Of a stretch of DNA of 64,000 nucleotides, positions 9,880 through 21,028 are shown in pieces (the stretch's first letter is position 1; each line of letters starts with the position of its first letter). This stretch comes from a candidate division Kazan bacterium RIFCSPLOWO2_01_FULL_48_13. GTDB taxonomy: Bacteria > Patescibacteriota > Kazan-3B-28 > UBA10110. Under the pieces are notes generated by a model. The model did not search any database, had not been told where the DNA came from, and saw only the letters and a program-made list of their open reading frames with translations. The position numbers and the translations under genes are program-made. Location of the stretch: contig METE01000001.1 of NCBI GenBank assembly GCA_001771275.1, forward strand, positions 55,158-119,157, read 5' to 3'.

Positions 9880-11583
9880 TTAGGGTAAGCGATAGCCTAA
9901 ATTATTATCGTCGGAGTATTGTAATACATACCCTACCCCTTTTAAATACTGCTCATAAATCGTCACGGAATTATTCGTGAGATATTTTTTATGTATTACT
10001 ACCCAATCAGTTTTCCATTTAGTTGGAAAATCATTAGACAATAAGTTAAAACTATTGGCGGAGTTAGCATCCGCTAACGGCAACTGGTCATCACTATAAA
10101 AATCAAAGGTAGAACGCTGGGTGCGCGAAACGCTGCCGATTGCCAGCTTTTTCTGGTGGTAAGTGCCGTAGTAGGCAAACAACGAGATAAATTTGCCTTT
10201 GTCCCAATAGCCCGAATTAATCCCCCACGGGATATCCAGCACCGAAGAAGCTTTGGCATCATTCTTAATTGTTTGATACACCGGCGGAATAGATAGATCG
10301 ATCAGCGGATAAGGAATCGGTAGGAATTCGATCAGGATAAGCACCACCGCTGCCCCGCCCAACCAGCGGCGGCGTTGGGGTAGACGACTAATTGCCATCC
10401 CGATTAGAATGGCCAGACAGAACATCACCATTACCGAGAAGCGCGCCGGCACTCGCCAGCTGCCCCACCCTTCCCACCAGCTGTAAAGCCACAGATATGG
10501 GAGGGAGATGCCGGTAACATGATCTAATCCCTTGAGATGCGGACCAAACGAAAGTATCCCAAACACCGCTCCCAGCACTACCCAGAACCACGGGCTGACA
10601 GAAAAATTTAGTTTAACTCGGCGGCAAATCAGACTGATCAGAAAAATTAAGCCGATCAGCAGGGCGGTCCAGCTCAAGAAGATGGTGTTCTCCACCCCGC
10701 CGGCAAAGGGCCCCGGGATCTTAGCGGCCAAGCTTCCCCACCACGGATGGAGCTGGCTGGGAACAAAATAACGCGCCAAGTCGGCCGAATAAAAATCAAT
10801 TGCCTGAGCGCTTAAAACTTCCGGCGATCCGACTGCGCTGTTTTCTTTGAAGGCCGGGATCAGCCAGATCGACCAGACCGCTATCCAGACCAGGGCCATC
10901 ACCAATCCGCGGCTTAGTAATCTAATGCGATCCGCTACTGAACGAGTAGCGATCAGCTGCCAAATCGCCCAAACAATAATAAAAACAAACAGAAAAATAA
11001 AATTATAGATATCATTTACTGATGCCAGACCGGCCACCAAGCCGGCTGTGATTGGTATCCACCACTGCCGATTCTTAGGCAGTTTTAATACCAGCCAAAC
11101 ACATAACGGGATAAACCATAGGGTGATCAGGTTATAGTGGCCGTAGGCGTGCCTCATAATGTATGGGCTAAACCCAAACAGCACCCCAGCCACCCAGCCA
11201 CCCAAATTTGAACGGGTAATATCTCTAACCACTATGAACATCAGCCAAGCGGTTAACGCGAGCGATAACAGGAAATGGAGATTAAAAGCCATAATGGTAT
11301 TGATCAGCAAAGACAGTCCGGCGATGATCGCCGAATTAACCAATGTCAGCGTATGAAAAACCAAGCTAACGGTCTGCGGATAAAAGATTTGGTCGGTCGA
11401 AAACAGCGAGGCAGAATTAAACCAAACTTGCTTGAGCCACCAAACATCCCACAAAAATAGTGGCGCATCGCCGCCGACTCCCAGAATATGCGAAGGCAAA
11501 TGCAAAATTAGTGGCCAGGTCATCGCCACAACCAAAATTAGATAACCAACAAAGGTCCAAAAAAATAATTTACGCCTATTCAT
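9880..11583 (-). CDS. Polytopic membrane protein, GT-C-like glycosyltransferase
   Basis: GGDAPLFLWDVWW, IFYP, FSPY, GHYNL, RVPARF; ~12 TM helices; in a glycan operon. Confidence 0.7.
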   Translation of the reverse strand: MNRRKLFFWTFVGYLILVVAMTWPLILHLPSHILGVGGDAPLFLWDVWWLKQVWFNSASLFSTDQIFYPQTVSLVFHTLTLVNSAIIAGLSLLINTIMAFNLHFLLSLALTAWLMFIVVRDITRSNLGGWVAGVLFGFSPYIMRHAYGHYNLITLWFIPLCVWLVLKLPKNRQWWIPITAGLVAGLASVNDIYNFIFLFVFIIVWAIWQLIATRSVADRIRLLSRGLVMALVWIAVWSIWLIPAFKENSAVGSPEVLSAQAIDFYSADLARYFVPSQLHPWWGSLAAKIPGPFAGGVENTIFLSWTALLIGLIFLISLICRRVKLNFSVSPWFWVVLGAVFGILSFGPHLKGLDHVTGISLPYLWLYSWWEGWGSWRVPARFSVMVMFCLAILIGMAISRLPQRRRWLGGAAVVLILIEFLPIPYPLIDLSIPPVYQTIKNDAKASSVLDIPWGINSGYWDKGKFISLFAYYGTYHQKKLAIGSVSRTQRSTFDFYSDDQLPLADANSANSFNLLSNDFPTKWKTDWVVIHKKYLTNNSVTIYEQYLKGVGYVLQYSDDNNLGYRLP

Positions 11584-12350
11584 CGGCTAATTCTATCGTG
11601 GCGCGATACTACTACCGAAGATGAATTATATCTGCCCCGCAGCAGATTTAATTTGACGCGCAGCAGATCGCGCAGCGTTCTTAATGCCTCCCGGCCAGTG
11701 CGGACCTTGCTCTCCATATCGTTGTACCAATCAATCCCTACTTCTTTAAAAGCATAACCTAAATGCCGCGCTATCACTAACACTTCGAAATCAAATCCAA
11801 ATCGATCCAACTTAACATTGGCAAAGATGTTCTTGCCGGCCCGCTGCTCAAATAATTTAAAGCCACATTGAGTATCGTAAATGCCCGGCACAGCCAAAAT
11901 GCGAATCAGCAGGTTGCTGGCTCGGGAGAGCAAAATTCGATGCCGAGACTGAGGAATATGCACATGGGCGCCACGACAGTACCTCGAACCGATTACTACT
12001 GGATATTGAGTAACATAAGGCAGTAATTTATCGACCTGTTCGATCGGAGTGGCATTATCCGCATCAGAAAATAGAATATACTGACCTTTGGCCCCCAATA
12101 CTCCCTGCTTAACCACCGCCCCTTTGCCTTGGTTCACGGAATTAGAAATAAATTTAAGTTCCGGCCAACCTTCGGCGATAATCGATACCACTGCGTCAGT
12201 GGTATCTTTGCTCCCATCGTTGACCACAATAACTTCGTAAACATACGATTGTCTATCCAAAAACTGACGCATCGCCGCTAAGGTTTTACCAATGCGACGC
12301 TCCTCGTTATAAGCCGGCACCACCACTGATAAATAAATACTCTCACCCAT
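11580..12350 (-). CDS. GT2 polyprenol-phosphate glycosyltransferase (dolichyl-P-glucosyltransferase-like)
   Basis: SVVVPAYNEE, VNDGSKD, NQGKG, FSDAD, DTQCGFK, FDFEVL. Confidence 0.9.
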   Translation of the reverse strand: MGESIYLSVVVPAYNEERRIGKTLAAMRQFLDRQSYVYEVIVVNDGSKDTTDAVVSIIAEGWPELKFISNSVNQGKGAVVKQGVLGAKGQYILFSDADNATPIEQVDKLLPYVTQYPVVIGSRYCRGAHVHIPQSRHRILLSRASNLLIRILAVPGIYDTQCGFKLFEQRAGKNIFANVKLDRFGFDFEVLVIARHLGYAFKEVGIDWYNDMESKVRTGREALRTLRDLLRVKLNLLRGRYNSSSVVVSRHDRISR

Positions 12351-12367
12351 AATTGTTATATTTTATC

Positions 12368-12725
12368 TGTCATCTTGAGTTTTACTGCGTCATACCCTCT
12401 TTTTTATTCGTCATTCCCGCCCCCGATCGTAGTCGAGAGTAAACTCCGGCGGCTTCCGGCTCTGAGAGCCTCCAGCTCGGAGAGGAATCCAGACATTAAA
12501 CTAAATAAATTATCATCCTGAGTTTTTGCTGTCATTTTAAGTTTTTTCTTGTCATCCTGAGTTTTTTAGCCACTCCCACATATCCCCTCTCGTCATCCTG
12601 AAAACACTTTACTGCTGTAGGCTATTATATAGATAACTTATTCAGGATCCAGGCCTGGATCCTCGGGTCCCCAGTAGTCGCGGGGCAGGCAAGCCCGAGG
12701 ATGACAAAAAAGGGCGAGAATGACG
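12368..12725. repeat. Cluster of GTCAT...ATGAC palindromic elements
   Basis: Multiple gtcatcctga/gtcattcccg starts and caggatccaggcctggatcctcggg...cccgaggatgaca. Confidence 0.75.
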
Positions 12726-12750
12726 ATGGGGGCGGAAAGGACAAATTTAA

Positions 12751-13446
12751 TTATTTATAAGCGACAAAAAAGATGTTGGTAAATACCGGATACAGCTTAA
12801 TCGTAGCGAATTTAGTCGTTAACAGCTCTTGGATGTCCTTGGCTACCATCTCATTATGAAACGGTTCTTTAACCTGGTAGTGCCGGCTATTGGAGTGCAA
12901 GGTGATACTTAAAAACCTTAGTTTCCAGAACAGCGACCGCATCGGCACCGAACCGATTAAAACTCCGCCCGGTTTAAGCACCCGGTAGGCCTCAGCCACC
13001 ACCTTCTCTGGATAGATCAGATGTTCCAACACTTCAGCCGCGACTATTAGATCAAAGGTGGCGTCCGGGTAAGGAATGCCCGCCTCCAAATCACACAGTC
13101 GCCCCACCGCCTGTGGCACATATTTTTTCAGCCGCTCTAAGTTGCGCGGGTTAAGATCCAACCCCACCGACCCGACCGGTAAGTGCCTTAAGATCAGACC
13201 GGTCCCACAACCCAGCTCCAATGCCTTGGGGTTAGCAGCCAAACGGGGGCGCAACAGGCGGACTATCCGCCACTCGCGATAGCGATGAAACCAACTTTCG
13301 GGTAGCCACCAGCGATTAACCGTATCAGTCCAATCATAAGTTTCAACCTCTTGATAGTATCGATTGGTCAGCGCTTTATACTCCGGCCAATTTAAATCGG
13401 CCGGCTTGCTTTCGGCGATGCGGCGTTTGTAATCAGGTTCTATCAC
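12751..13446 (-). CDS. Class I SAM-dependent methyltransferase
   Basis: LELGCGTG, FDLI...EVLEH, RVLKPGG. Confidence 0.88.
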   Translation of the reverse strand: MIEPDYKRRIAESKPADLNWPEYKALTNRYYQEVETYDWTDTVNRWWLPESWFHRYREWRIVRLLRPRLAANPKALELGCGTGLILRHLPVGSVGLDLNPRNLERLKKYVPQAVGRLCDLEAGIPYPDATFDLIVAAEVLEHLIYPEKVVAEAYRVLKPGGVLIGSVPMRSLFWKLRFLSITLHSNSRHYQVKEPFHNEMVAKDIQELLTTKFATIKLYPVFTNIFFVAYK

Positions 13447-13846
13447 TCTGGCGAAAGATAATAAATTTATAAGTTAAGTAGTTGCAGACGGTAAAGATAA
13501 TCGCCGAGACTATTTTGGCTAAATTGTACTGCCACCAGTACGGCCAGCCGGGAAACTGGCCTATTAGCATCTGGGTGCCAAAATGAACCAACACATCATA
13601 AATAACTATCCAGATCAGGTTGACGGTAACAAACAGTGGCAACTGCCGAAGATGATTAGGTCGCTTATCGCCAAAGGTCCAGTATTTATGCCAGATGTAA
13701 CCATTAGTAATGGCCAGCGCTGCCGAAAGAGTGTTGGCTGGAATTAACTGCCAATGAAACACCTGCACCAACAAATTAAGCATCCCGATATCGATCGCAG
13801 CGTTGCTGGTTCCGACTATCGAATATCTAATTAACTGTTTGATCAT
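13433..13846 (-). CDS. GtrA family flippase-like protein
   Basis: RYSIVG, NGYIWHKYWTF, 4 TM helices, AKI. Confidence 0.85.
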   Translation of the reverse strand: MIKQLIRYSIVGTSNAAIDIGMLNLLVQVFHWQLIPANTLSAALAITNGYIWHKYWTFGDKRPNHLRQLPLFVTVNLIWIVIYDVLVHFGTQMLIGQFPGWPYWWQYNLAKIVSAIIFTVCNYLTYKFIIFRQSDRT

Positions 13847-14766
13847 ATCTTTTTAGCCAAAATAAATACGCTACTGCCAAATGGCAGGCTGATATATCTA
13901 ATCAGCCACGCTTCTATCCAGCCTAAACCGATCAATAACCGGCTGATGGGATGGGGCGCAGCATTATACCCGGCTCCCCGGCCTAAACTTTTGGCCAGCA
14001 GCCGCTGGGCTACGAAGATCGGGAAGGTAAACATAAATACATACGAAGAAAATATCGGTTTAAATCCAGCTTGGGAAAGTTTAGCTGCTAACTTGCTTAA
14101 GGTATAGCGGCGCTGATGCAACAAGGCTTTATCATGCGGGCCATACAGCCACTGATACGCCGGTACGGAGATCGCCACACACCCACCAATGGTTAGAACA
14201 CGATGCCACTCTTTAAGCGCCGCTTCATCATCTAACAGATGTTCCAATACATCGAAAGCGGTGATCAGATCGATCGATTCATCCGGCCGAGGCAATTGCA
14301 GAGCATCGCCCTGTTCCGCTTCCCCGTGCTGCTTGGCCGAAACCAGCGCCACCTCGCTTTGATCAATGCCAGTAACCTTTCCCCACCGCCGCAAGAACTC
14401 TAAATTAAAACCCCCGCCGCACCCCACATCCAATATCTCCATTCCTTTTGTTGAAGCGTCATTGCGAGTAATCTCCCCCCATTTTGTCATTCCAGACTCG
14501 ATCTGGAATCCAGGCCTGGATCCTGAATCCGAACTTGGCCCTTGGCCAGTCGGTCCAGGATGACACATCAAGTCGTTATTCTGGGTAGGCCGTTCTCCAT
14601 CGTCATTCTGGGGAGTCCGTCGGCTGACGGACGACTCCAGAATCTTAGGATTATCAGATTCTAATAGCCACTTGTCTAATATCGAACGCCAGACCAGCCT
14701 CCGGCAGATATGCCACCAGTAAAACTGCTCCTGTTCGCCCATTTCGGCTACATCGCTTTCTTGCAT
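13843..14766 (-). CDS. Class I SAM-dependent methyltransferase with ~70-aa repeat-derived insertion
   Basis: FYWWH..RR, ILDVGCG, FDVLEH, VPAY, HD...HQRRY, PFGSS; insertion before motif I is encoded by palindromes. Confidence 0.85.
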   Translation of the reverse strand: MQESDVAEMGEQEQFYWWHICRRLVWRSILDKWLLESDNPKILESSVSRRTPQNDDGERPTQNNDLMCHPGPTGQGPSSDSGSRPGFQIESGMTKWGEITRNDASTKGMEILDVGCGGGFNLEFLRRWGKVTGIDQSEVALVSAKQHGEAEQGDALQLPRPDESIDLITAFDVLEHLLDDEAALKEWHRVLTIGGCVAISVPAYQWLYGPHDKALLHQRRYTLSKLAAKLSQAGFKPIFSSYVFMFTFPIFVAQRLLAKSLGRGAGYNAAPHPISRLLIGLGWIEAWLIRYISLPFGSSVFILAKKI

Positions 14767-14929
14767 ACCCCTATTCTACCCTGATAGTAGAAATTGTCAT
14801 GGCTTCGCCCCTCCCTCGTCATTCTGGTAAGTCCGTCAGCTGACGGACGCATCCAGAATCTCAGGATTAATAAGATCCTGGACAAGCCAGGATGACGAGA
14901 GGGGGTTCAAGAGAGGTTTGAATTATAGG

Positions 14930-17356
14930 TTAGGCGATGGTGAAGGTGAGGGTGCCAGTGTAGTTTTCTACCTCTGCTCCAGCAGGGATGTCTATTTGAA
15001 TGGTTGGCCGGACATTAGTTTCATCCCCAACTGACCCGCTACTTCGCGTCCCGACAGTCTGGGGGGTGTCCAATGCGTAAGTATTAGCGGCTGGCTCTGT
15101 CACATTAGAAGTTGTGCCAGACCAAATGGTTTTTGTATCACCACCACCCCCGACCGTACCATCGGTTCGGAGTTTCACATTAGCGGCGGAGATAACATAA
15201 GTAGTCGGAGCTCCAGTAATTGCAGAAGATGATACAGTCAAACTCCACCCCGCACCAGCATCAGTTGCGGTAACCAATTCATCAGCCGCGAAGGTGGTTT
15301 CTACCGTAAATCCTCTGTTGCCATCATTCAATACTATATCAGCTGGCGCAGTTAAACCCAGTTGCGGCCCCTGAATTTCCACTGCCGCAGTTTTGGTATA
15401 GGCTGTAAACGCAGTAGTAGAAGCGTACGCCCTAAGATAATAGGTGTTAACTGTTGCGCTATATATAGACCACTCGTATTCGGTAAAAGACCACGCCGTC
15501 AACGCAACCAAGCTGGTAGCTATATCGGAGGTTTCCACCACCCTACCTACAGCAAAATCCCATCCATTGGCGGTCTCATCAGTTAATTGCCTGGTAGTGG
15601 CTTCGTTGTGAGTAACCAGTGCTGAGGTTACTATTTTTACATCTGTAGTGGTATTAGTTACTTGTGTATAAGTACCGCCCTCAGAGGTACTATAATACAG
15701 CAGGGGCGAGAAGGTGCCAGTTTCTCCCCCATCATTCCTAAACTGAATCCGAACGCGATAATTAGTGCTGACATCGTAAAGCACGGTAGTATCATCCTCA
15801 GTAGTGGCGCCAGCTTTATCGGTCCAAGCAATATGGGTTTCGTCGTCATCATCGGTATCAAATTGAAAATGAGTCTGTTGATATGACACCGCTTGATACT
15901 GCAGTGGCGTGGGGGTGGAGGCAGAGTCCATCGGCGGGATGATAGCGCTATCGTAAGTGGTGGTTGAGGGGGCAGTGGCCGAACCAAACCGAAAAATAAC
16001 ATTACTGGCAGTGATGGCAGCTAAACTAACCAATTCCACATCCAGACATACTCGCTCACCAGCAGTGATCGTGGCCGCAGAGCCCGCCAACACAGCTTCC
16101 AATTGATTATCGGTAGTGGTGCTATTGAACTCGTTACCATTAGCGCGGGCATAAATAGTATCTCCAATAGTATCATCCGCGTCCCAAGTGTATATCATAG
16201 TTCGCGGAGCGGCGTTGTTGCCCAAAGTTGATTCATTCCCGTGAAGGTGAAATATCCAGTTGCCAGCCGGGATGGTTTGGGCGGCCAATGGTGGAGAACA
16301 CCAGATATTCATTTGATAGTAATAGGGATTTCCGGTAGTTTCTACGGCTTGGGTGTTAGATTCGGCGCCCGCTCCGGCCACCGTGCTCATTCGTCGGCTA
16401 TCCATAGTACTCGATCGAAAACTGTCGGCCCCCTGATGAGCATTGGGAATGGGAGCACGATCCGTGCTGGTCGGTTGCAGATAGATCGGATCAAAGGTAT
16501 CTACCGTGGTCGTGTTAACTGTAATATAACTGGCCGCATTACCAGCGTTAGTGATAGATCGGTCCGTGATAGCCCCATTACCCCCCCAGCACAGCGTGAC
16601 GGTGCGGGCGTTAGAGGTTCGGGTAGTGGCATCTACCCAAAACTCCACCGCCAGATAATCGTAGTTATTACTGCTATAACTACTGCCACCGACAGCATTA
16701 GTTACCGGCCAAACATATCCGGTTAACGAAGTGGTCAGCTCGTTAGTGGGGTGTGAGGTTGGCCCGGCTAAGACTTTAGCACTATTATTATCATTAGAAT
16801 CGTAAACATAAACATAAGCCCGCAGATAACCGTTGAGGGCACCGTGGCTCTCGCTGGCCGACATCCCAACCGTAAAACTGGTATCACTGGTAAAGGTAGT
16901 GTTGTTACCCAATGGCATAATAAAGGTTCTAAACCATGCCATATCCACATCTGGAGTGTTAGTAAAAGCGGCGCTGGTTACCCGGTAAGCATTTATCGAT
17001 AACGAGGTGGCGTTAGGCTGGATTGGTCCCGCGATCGGAATCATCCCCAACGCAGTGGCCTGACCAGACACCACCATGCCAGAAGCATCGCTACTATTTT
17101 CCACGGTCGGACCAGCCACCCCAAAATAGTTGTTAGCAGTGCGGGTGGGTGTAACGACACTATCGGCTTTAAAATAGAAAGTGCTTTGCGTGGCGGCCTG
17201 CGCTTCGGCTTTCGGAATCGAGTTTGGGATAAAGCTAAAATCGATAAAATCCCAGTGGAGATAGTTAATTAATATCGATAAAGCTAACAGCCAGCTAATG
17301 CGGGCCAAAATTAAGCGACGGCGTGAACTGATTAAACTATCTCCCCTATGGTGCAT
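14930..17356 (-). CDS. Large secreted Thr-rich adhesin-like protein with C-terminal WxL-like domain
   Basis: Signal-like N-terminus ending AEA/AQA; beta-rich; C-terminal TDAGAGWSLTV...IP.GA...YTGTLTFTIA, paralogous to the C-terminus of 46502-48016. Confidence 0.7.
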   Translation of the reverse strand: MHHRGDSLISSRRRLILARISWLLALSILINYLHWDFIDFSFIPNSIPKAEAQAATQSTFYFKADSVVTPTRTANNYFGVAGPTVENSSDASGMVVSGQATALGMIPIAGPIQPNATSLSINAYRVTSAAFTNTPDVDMAWFRTFIMPLGNNTTFTSDTSFTVGMSASESHGALNGYLRAYVYVYDSNDNNSAKVLAGPTSHPTNELTTSLTGYVWPVTNAVGGSSYSSNNYDYLAVEFWVDATTRTSNARTVTLCWGGNGAITDRSITNAGNAASYITVNTTTVDTFDPIYLQPTSTDRAPIPNAHQGADSFRSSTMDSRRMSTVAGAGAESNTQAVETTGNPYYYQMNIWCSPPLAAQTIPAGNWIFHLHGNESTLGNNAAPRTMIYTWDADDTIGDTIYARANGNEFNSTTTDNQLEAVLAGSAATITAGERVCLDVELVSLAAITASNVIFRFGSATAPSTTTYDSAIIPPMDSASTPTPLQYQAVSYQQTHFQFDTDDDDETHIAWTDKAGATTEDDTTVLYDVSTNYRVRIQFRNDGGETGTFSPLLYYSTSEGGTYTQVTNTTTDVKIVTSALVTHNEATTRQLTDETANGWDFAVGRVVETSDIATSLVALTAWSFTEYEWSIYSATVNTYYLRAYASTTAFTAYTKTAAVEIQGPQLGLTAPADIVLNDGNRGFTVETTFAADELVTATDAGAGWSLTVSSSAITGAPTTYVISAANVKLRTDGTVGGGGDTKTIWSGTTSNVTEPAANTYALDTPQTVGTRSSGSVGDETNVRPTIQIDIPAGAEVENYTGTLTFTIA

Positions 17357-17448
17357 ACAAAAACATCGTCCTTAAAGTTACTTATATTTTACAATAAATT
17401 TTATGGTCGGCCTATCTTTTGCTCGGATCATATTGCTATACTAAAACT

Positions 17449-18963
17449 ATGGTGCGAATTGGGCAGATTGGTCAGCGAATAAAAAAATGGTGGAAAATTA
17501 CTGATCCAGTTAATTGGTTGCTTTTGGTGGTGGCGGTGGGGTTCTGTGCCTATCCGTTAACTGACCCTGACTTCGGTTGGCAGTTACGCTCAGGTCTGGA
17601 TTTGCTAAAAACTCATCAATTACCCCAGTTTGACCCCTATTCTCACACTCTGCCCAACTGGCATTGGGTTAATTTAGAGTGGTTGAGTGAAGGAACGATA
17701 GCATTTATTTACCAGCATTTAGGGGCAGCATCGCTAATCTTTGCTTTTGCGCTAATGGCCGTCGCTATGTTAATAATTGCGGCATCGTGGTCAACAGGAG
17801 TTAGCCTAAAAGCCAAATTAGCAGTTGCTGTCTTGGCAGTTCTGGCCAATGTGGGGCGTTGGGGTGTACGGCTACAACTTATTACCCAACTGGGATTAGC
17901 AATCGTGCTGTGGTTATTTTCTCGCTATCGAATCGGCGCTATTAAGCATCTGTGGTGGTATATTCCGCTATTTTGGCTGTGGGCTAATCTCCATGGCGGG
18001 TTTTTTAGCGGGTTAGCAGTCTTAGGGTTGCTCTGGGTAGTAGAAGGGATTAAATGGCTCAATCGGCCTCGCCATCGTCACACTGTTTCATCAAGGATAA
18101 CCGAGCCCACCCTGCAACTGCCACAGCTAAGGCATTTGATGGTCGTTGGCTTATTGTCGGGCGCGGCGACCTTGATTAATCCATATGGCTGGCGGATATA
18201 TGAGGATATTTACCGGCTATTCTCTACCTCTTTCGTGTTGAAAGCCATCGCGGAGTGGAAACCGTTCTCGATCAGCGAATCCGGCAACTATTTTCTGTGG
18301 CTTTACTTTTGCTTGCTGATCATCGCTATGATATTTACCTACCGCAAAGTTGAACCTACTCGCTGGGTAGTGACCATATTTTTCTTTATTATGATGATTA
18401 CTGCCAACCGCAACTTGGCGTTATTCCTACTGATCAGCTCTGGATTTTTTGCCGAGGCGATCAACGGGCCGATGAAGTGGCTGACCTACCGTCTAATCCG
18501 ACTGCGGTGGTTGGCTGTCGCCATTACTGTTGGTGGATTCTATTGGGTAACCCCCAGCATACTGCGGTTTACTGAGACGGCGGATGATATTAAAACCATT
18601 TCCCAGATCGGACGCTACCCTCTATCTGCCATCGAGTGGGCTAAGGCCCACCCAGACCAGATTGGAGACCGGCTGTTCAATATGTACGGCCAGGGCGGGT
18701 TTTTGCTGTGGCAACTGCCAGAGAAAAAGATCTTTATTGATGGGCGGATGTCGTATTGGCAGATAGATAATCGGTGGGTTTTTCGAGATAGCATTGCAAT
18801 TAATGGAGCCTACCCCGGCGCGGTGCAGATGATGGAGGAAAAATATCAGGTCGACTGGGTGTTAGTTGACCCGCGAATAAAGTTGGCACTGGAACTGAGC
18901 CAACGACCCGACTGGCAGTTGGTCTATCAAGATTCGTTGGCGGTTATTTATACCAAAAAATAA
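17449..18963 (+). CDS. GT-C-like polytopic membrane protein (DPDxGW family)
   Basis: DPDFGWQLRSG, WVNLEWL, WANLHGGF, INPYG, IAEW, FIDGRM; paralog of 21029 and 43514; ATG 17449. Confidence 0.75.
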   Translation: MVRIGQIGQRIKKWWKITDPVNWLLLVVAVGFCAYPLTDPDFGWQLRSGLDLLKTHQLPQFDPYSHTLPNWHWVNLEWLSEGTIAFIYQHLGAASLIFAFALMAVAMLIIAASWSTGVSLKAKLAVAVLAVLANVGRWGVRLQLITQLGLAIVLWLFSRYRIGAIKHLWWYIPLFWLWANLHGGFFSGLAVLGLLWVVEGIKWLNRPRHRHTVSSRITEPTLQLPQLRHLMVVGLLSGAATLINPYGWRIYEDIYRLFSTSFVLKAIAEWKPFSISESGNYFLWLYFCLLIIAMIFTYRKVEPTRWVVTIFFFIMMITANRNLALFLLISSGFFAEAINGPMKWLTYRLIRLRWLAVAITVGGFYWVTPSILRFTETADDIKTISQIGRYPLSAIEWAKAHPDQIGDRLFNMYGQGGFLLWQLPEKKIFIDGRMSYWQIDNRWVFRDSIAINGAYPGAVQMMEEKYQVDWVLVDPRIKLALELSQRPDWQLVYQDSLAVIYTKK

Positions 18964-19315
18964 CCCCACCCGCGCCAATAAAAAATATCAAATATAAAAT
19001 AAAAAATCACCCCCTTTTTGTCATTCCCGAGCCGAGTGCCGTAGGCAACTCGACATCGGGAATCCAGGCCTGGATCCTGAATCCGAACTTGGCCTTTGGC
19101 CAGTCGGTCCAGGATGACACCTCTTTTGTTATTCCTGTCCACTTCGTCATTCTGGGGAGTCCGTCGGCTGACGGACGACTCCAGAATCTTGTATACGATC
19201 CCCGACGAGGCGAGGATGACGACGCAGGGTAAACGTCGTCAATTATAAGATTCTGGGCGCATTTGCCATGGGCAAATTTGCCGGAATGACGGAAGGTGAG
19301 TCGGGCAGGATGACA
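18964..19315. repeat. Cluster of GTCAT...ATGAC palindromic elements
   Basis: Nested copies of elements also seen at 8030, 9150 and 14485. Confidence 0.75.
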
Positions 19316-19329
19316 GCAGGTAGAACACC

Positions 19330-20982
19330 TTACTTACTGCGTTTCTTTTTGTTGGATTTTGGCTTAGCTACCGATTTGGTTGATGGAGCAGCCTTTTTAG
19401 TCACCCGTTTAGGTTTAACGGTTGTCTTATGCGCAATTGGCACTAATATCTCTTGGCCAGCCCGCAAGCGATATGGCGGCCGAAGATTATTTAACCGAAC
19501 AATTTCTTGAATGCTAATACCAGCAAACTCGGAAATATCGTAGATGGTGTCACCCTTTTCGGCCACCAACGCCTCCATTGCCACCGTCGGCACTCCCCCT
19601 TTCGTCATTCTGGGGAGTGAAGCGACTCCAGAATCTTGAGATTCTGGATGCGGTCCGATGAGTCGGACCTTACCAGAATGACGAGCGGTGGAGACAACAC
19701 CCATGTTACGGCGGCGGAAGCGAATCTTACCCAACAACGCACCAACAAACTTCAAATCGGTTAGCCATACCTTGCGCTGTTCGGCCTTATAGTAAGCGTT
19801 CCAGTCATCACCCATTGTCAGACGCTCACCCCTACTCATCTGGCCTTGGGGAATTAATAACACATCATCCACATTTAATTCGTACGGCCAGCGAAGCAGA
19901 TTAAACTTAGCTAACTTTTTAGGATGCACGCCATAAAGCTGGGCTACCGACATTAGCGTTTCGCCCTTTTTAACTTTATGTTTTTTGGTGCGGGTATTTA
20001 ACCTGCTTTGGATTAACAACCACAACCAGAGATTACGAATTAACAGCAACAGAATAATCCCGCCGATAAACCATAGAATCTTAATCCACTGAATTATCCA
20101 AAACACATATCGCACATCGATGTACTCATCCTTAACATATTCACCTTTAAAATCCTTTTCACCGTAGTGCAGCCGGAAATCCGCCACAAATCGGCCAAAG
20201 GCTGGCGGGTTTTTCTGCCAGGGCAGCTGAGCGGTAATTTCAGATCCCCTCAGCAACATTCCGATCTCTGCACCACTCTGCGACCCTACCTTGCCAAACA
20301 ATCCTCGCAAAGTTACATCGGCAATAGCATTAAGTTGCACATTGCCGTTATTCTTTAACCGAAGAAAGAAATAGAGTAGGCCGTTGCCAATAGAGTGCCT
20401 GATCTGCTTAACCTCCAACCGCCTTTGGATCTCACCCGGTACTGTTAAATACATCCGCGCCGCTATCCGAGTTACGACTGTCAACTGGCTGCTATTCTTT
20501 TTCTTAGCTCCCAAGGTGCTCGCCTCAGCCGGTTTTTCCAAAACGACTATCCCACCAGGGTGACTACCAACATCAGCATTGTCCGGTACTGTTACTGTAA
20601 AATTCAGAATTTGATTAGATTTAGGTGGTAGAGTCACTTCTGTTTTCTCCAACTCTACCCAAGTGCCAATGTCCTTGTTATCGGCCATGCTACCGATTAA
20701 GGTATAGCCGCCATTTTGAGACACTGCGCCATCTAAGGCCGCTACTATTAAATTAACGGACTTGTTGCCCCGATTTATTACATTGACCCGATCTTTAATT
20801 ACGGTCTTGGCTTCAGCCTCATAAACAAACCAGGACCGATTGGCCGGATAATCTTTGGTGGCTGCCGGCATTACGCCGATACCTCCAGTTTCAACCGCAT
20901 AAGCCATTGGTTGGCCGGACAACAAAAATACCGCTACCAATAGCAGCCAAACAACTACAAAAAGGATTTTTGTTTTTTTCAT
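19330..20982 (-). CDS. DUF916-like (WxL-associated) protein with TM helix and two C-terminal LysM domains
   Basis: SWFVYE, IKDRVNVIN, DIGTWV, FTVTVP.NADVG.HPGGI, RIAARMYLTVPG, NNGNV; LysM HKVKKGETL..VA..YGV and EKGDTI..I. Confidence 0.75.
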   Translation of the reverse strand: MKKTKILFVVVWLLLVAVFLLSGQPMAYAVETGGIGVMPAATKDYPANRSWFVYEAEAKTVIKDRVNVINRGNKSVNLIVAALDGAVSQNGGYTLIGSMADNKDIGTWVELEKTEVTLPPKSNQILNFTVTVPDNADVGSHPGGIVVLEKPAEASTLGAKKKNSSQLTVVTRIAARMYLTVPGEIQRRLEVKQIRHSIGNGLLYFFLRLKNNGNVQLNAIADVTLRGLFGKVGSQSGAEIGMLLRGSEITAQLPWQKNPPAFGRFVADFRLHYGEKDFKGEYVKDEYIDVRYVFWIIQWIKILWFIGGIILLLLIRNLWLWLLIQSRLNTRTKKHKVKKGETLMSVAQLYGVHPKKLAKFNLLRWPYELNVDDVLLIPQGQMSRGERLTMGDDWNAYYKAEQRKVWLTDLKFVGALLGKIRFRRRNMGVVSTARHSGKVRLIGPHPESQDSGVASLPRMTKGGVPTVAMEALVAEKGDTIYDISEFAGISIQEIVRLNNLRPPYRLRAGQEILVPIAHKTTVKPKRVTKKAAPSTKSVAKPKSNKKKRSK

Positions 20983-21028
20983 TCTAAAAATCTGTTCTAC
21001 TGTGTTTTATTATACCATTCCCCTCTGA